A stretch of 64,000 nucleotides of DNA from Heptranchias perlo. Taxonomy: Eukaryota. Numbering within the stretch: the first letter of the stretch is position 1; each line of letters begins with the position of its first letter. The position numbers were made by a program, and so were the translations under genes. Of the stretch, positions 62,551 to 64,000 are shown in pieces. The notes below the pieces were generated by a model. That model saw nothing but the letters and a program-made list of their open reading frames with translations, made no database searches and was not told the DNA's origin. The stretch covers positions 21,266,001 through 21,330,000 of the forward strand of contig NC_090345.1 of the NCBI RefSeq assembly GCF_035084215.1, written 5' to 3'.

Positions 62551-62584
62551 CTCCTTTTGTGCTTAGAAAATTGTTTCCTAATGA

Positions 62585-63720
62585 CTTTGTTAAAGGAAAA
62601 TCATGTTTGACCAACCTCATTGAGTTCTTTGATGAAGCAACCATGAGGGTTGATGTGTATATGGACTTTCAAAAAGCATTTGATAAAGTTCCACATAATA
62701 GATTTGTTAGCAAAATTAAAGCCCATGGGATTAAAGGGACAGTGACTGTGTGGATACAAATTTGGCTAGGGGACAGAAAGCAGAGTGTAGTGGTGAATGA
62801 TCGTTTTTTAGACTGGAGGGAAGTGTACATTAGTGTTCCCCAGAGGTCGGTATTAGGACCACTGCTCTTTTTGATATATATCAATGACCTGGACTTGGGT
62901 ATAGAGGGTATAATTTCAAAGTTTGCAGATGACACGAAACTCGGAAATATAGTAAACAATGTGGAGGATAGTAACAGACTTCAGGAAAACATAGACAGAC
63001 TGGTGAAATGGGCAGACACATGGCAGATGAAATTTAACGCAGAGAAGTGTGAAGTGATGCATTTTGGTAGGAAGAATGAGGAGAGGCAATATAAACTTTT
63101 ACAATTTTAAAAGGGGTGCAGAAACAGGGAGCTGGGGGTGCACGTACATGAATCTTTGAAGGCGGTAGGACAAGTTGAGAAGGCTTTTTAAAAAAAAATA
63201 AACGTATGGAATCCTGGGCTTTATTAATAGAGGCATAGAGTACAAAAACAAGAGAGTTATGCTAAACCTTTATAAAACACTGGTTAGGCCTCAGCTGGAA
63301 TATTCTGGTCAATTCTGGGCACCACATTTTAGGAAGGATGTCAAGGCCTTAGAGAGGGTGCAAAAGAGATTTACTAGACTGGTGCCAGGGAGAAGGACTT
63401 CAGTTATGTGGAGTGACTGGAGAAGCTGGGGTTGTTCTCCTTAGAACAGGGAAGGTTAAGGGGAGATTTAATAGAGGTATTCAAGATCATGAACGGTTTT
63501 GATAGAGTAAATAAGAAACAACTATTACCAGTTGCAGAAGGGTCGGTCACCAGAGGACACAGATGGAAGGTGATCAGCAGAAGAGCCAGAGACGACGTGA
63601 GGAAACATTTTTTTACGCAGCTAGTTGTAATGATTTGGAATGCACTGCCTAAAAGGGTGGTGGAAGCAGATTCCATTAGTAACTTTCAAAAGAGAATTGG
63701 ATAAATACTTGAAGGGAAAT
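62585..63720 (+). mobile_element. CR1 LINE RT fragment
   Basis: KSCLTNLIEFF, YMDFQKAFDKVPH, FADDTKLG and LRGDLIEVFKIM motifs. Confidence 0.93.
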
Positions 63721-64000
63721 GGTGGGAATGAATGCACCTCAGGTCAATCAGCATCTGAAGAGAAAGAAAAGTTCAGAGTACTGGTCTGGGATCATACCCA
63801 GATTTCTACGCTTTCTCATTCGAGGGGCTAATCGACTTGCTGTGCATTTCCAGTATCTTCTGTTTTCATTTGAGAGAAAAACACTAATTCAAGTGGAACA
63901 GGTTCACCCATAAGTGCTGAGGGGAAATCGGAGAATGCTTTCACAAATCTTGCAAGTAATTCATGGATGACATTGGAGGAGGCTGGAAAGTCAGCTACCC

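Noticed and set aside
1-64000. CRISPR arrays, rRNA genes or prokaryotic systems
   Set aside because: No regularly spaced repeats or operon-like structure; the sequence is a spliced vertebrate locus.

Overview
This is eukaryotic, AT-rich, repeat-dense vertebrate DNA. The repeat types (CR1/L2 LINEs, SacSINE1-like SINEs, Penelope-derived palindromes) suggest a shark or other cartilaginous fish, but the species cannot be determined from the sequence alone. The window holds the 3' part of SEC23IP (p125, intracellular phospholipase A1 family) on the + strand: eight coding exons with GT-AG boundaries and consistent phases (SAM domain, then DDHD domain, stop at 53593-53595), a 3'UTR intron, and a probable long terminal exon from 58908. 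Nearly all other ORFs in the track are LINE debris or chance ORFs. The most striking object is a young, GC/CpG-rich, 4189-bp PIF/Harbinger DNA transposon (41296-45484) with TIRs and a TTT TSD. It carries an intact DDE transposase, a convergent three-exon Myb/SANT-like gene broken only by one extra base in a C9 run, and promoter-like motifs at both ends. A MITE with related termini lies at 15089-15331. Also notable are a Penelope-derived palindrome with minimal hammerhead ribozyme motifs (intact antisense, damaged sense), a 32-bp locally templated insertion, and closely spaced inverted CR1 pairs. These belong to known classes; I found no wholly new system, although these particular families or copies may be undescribed.
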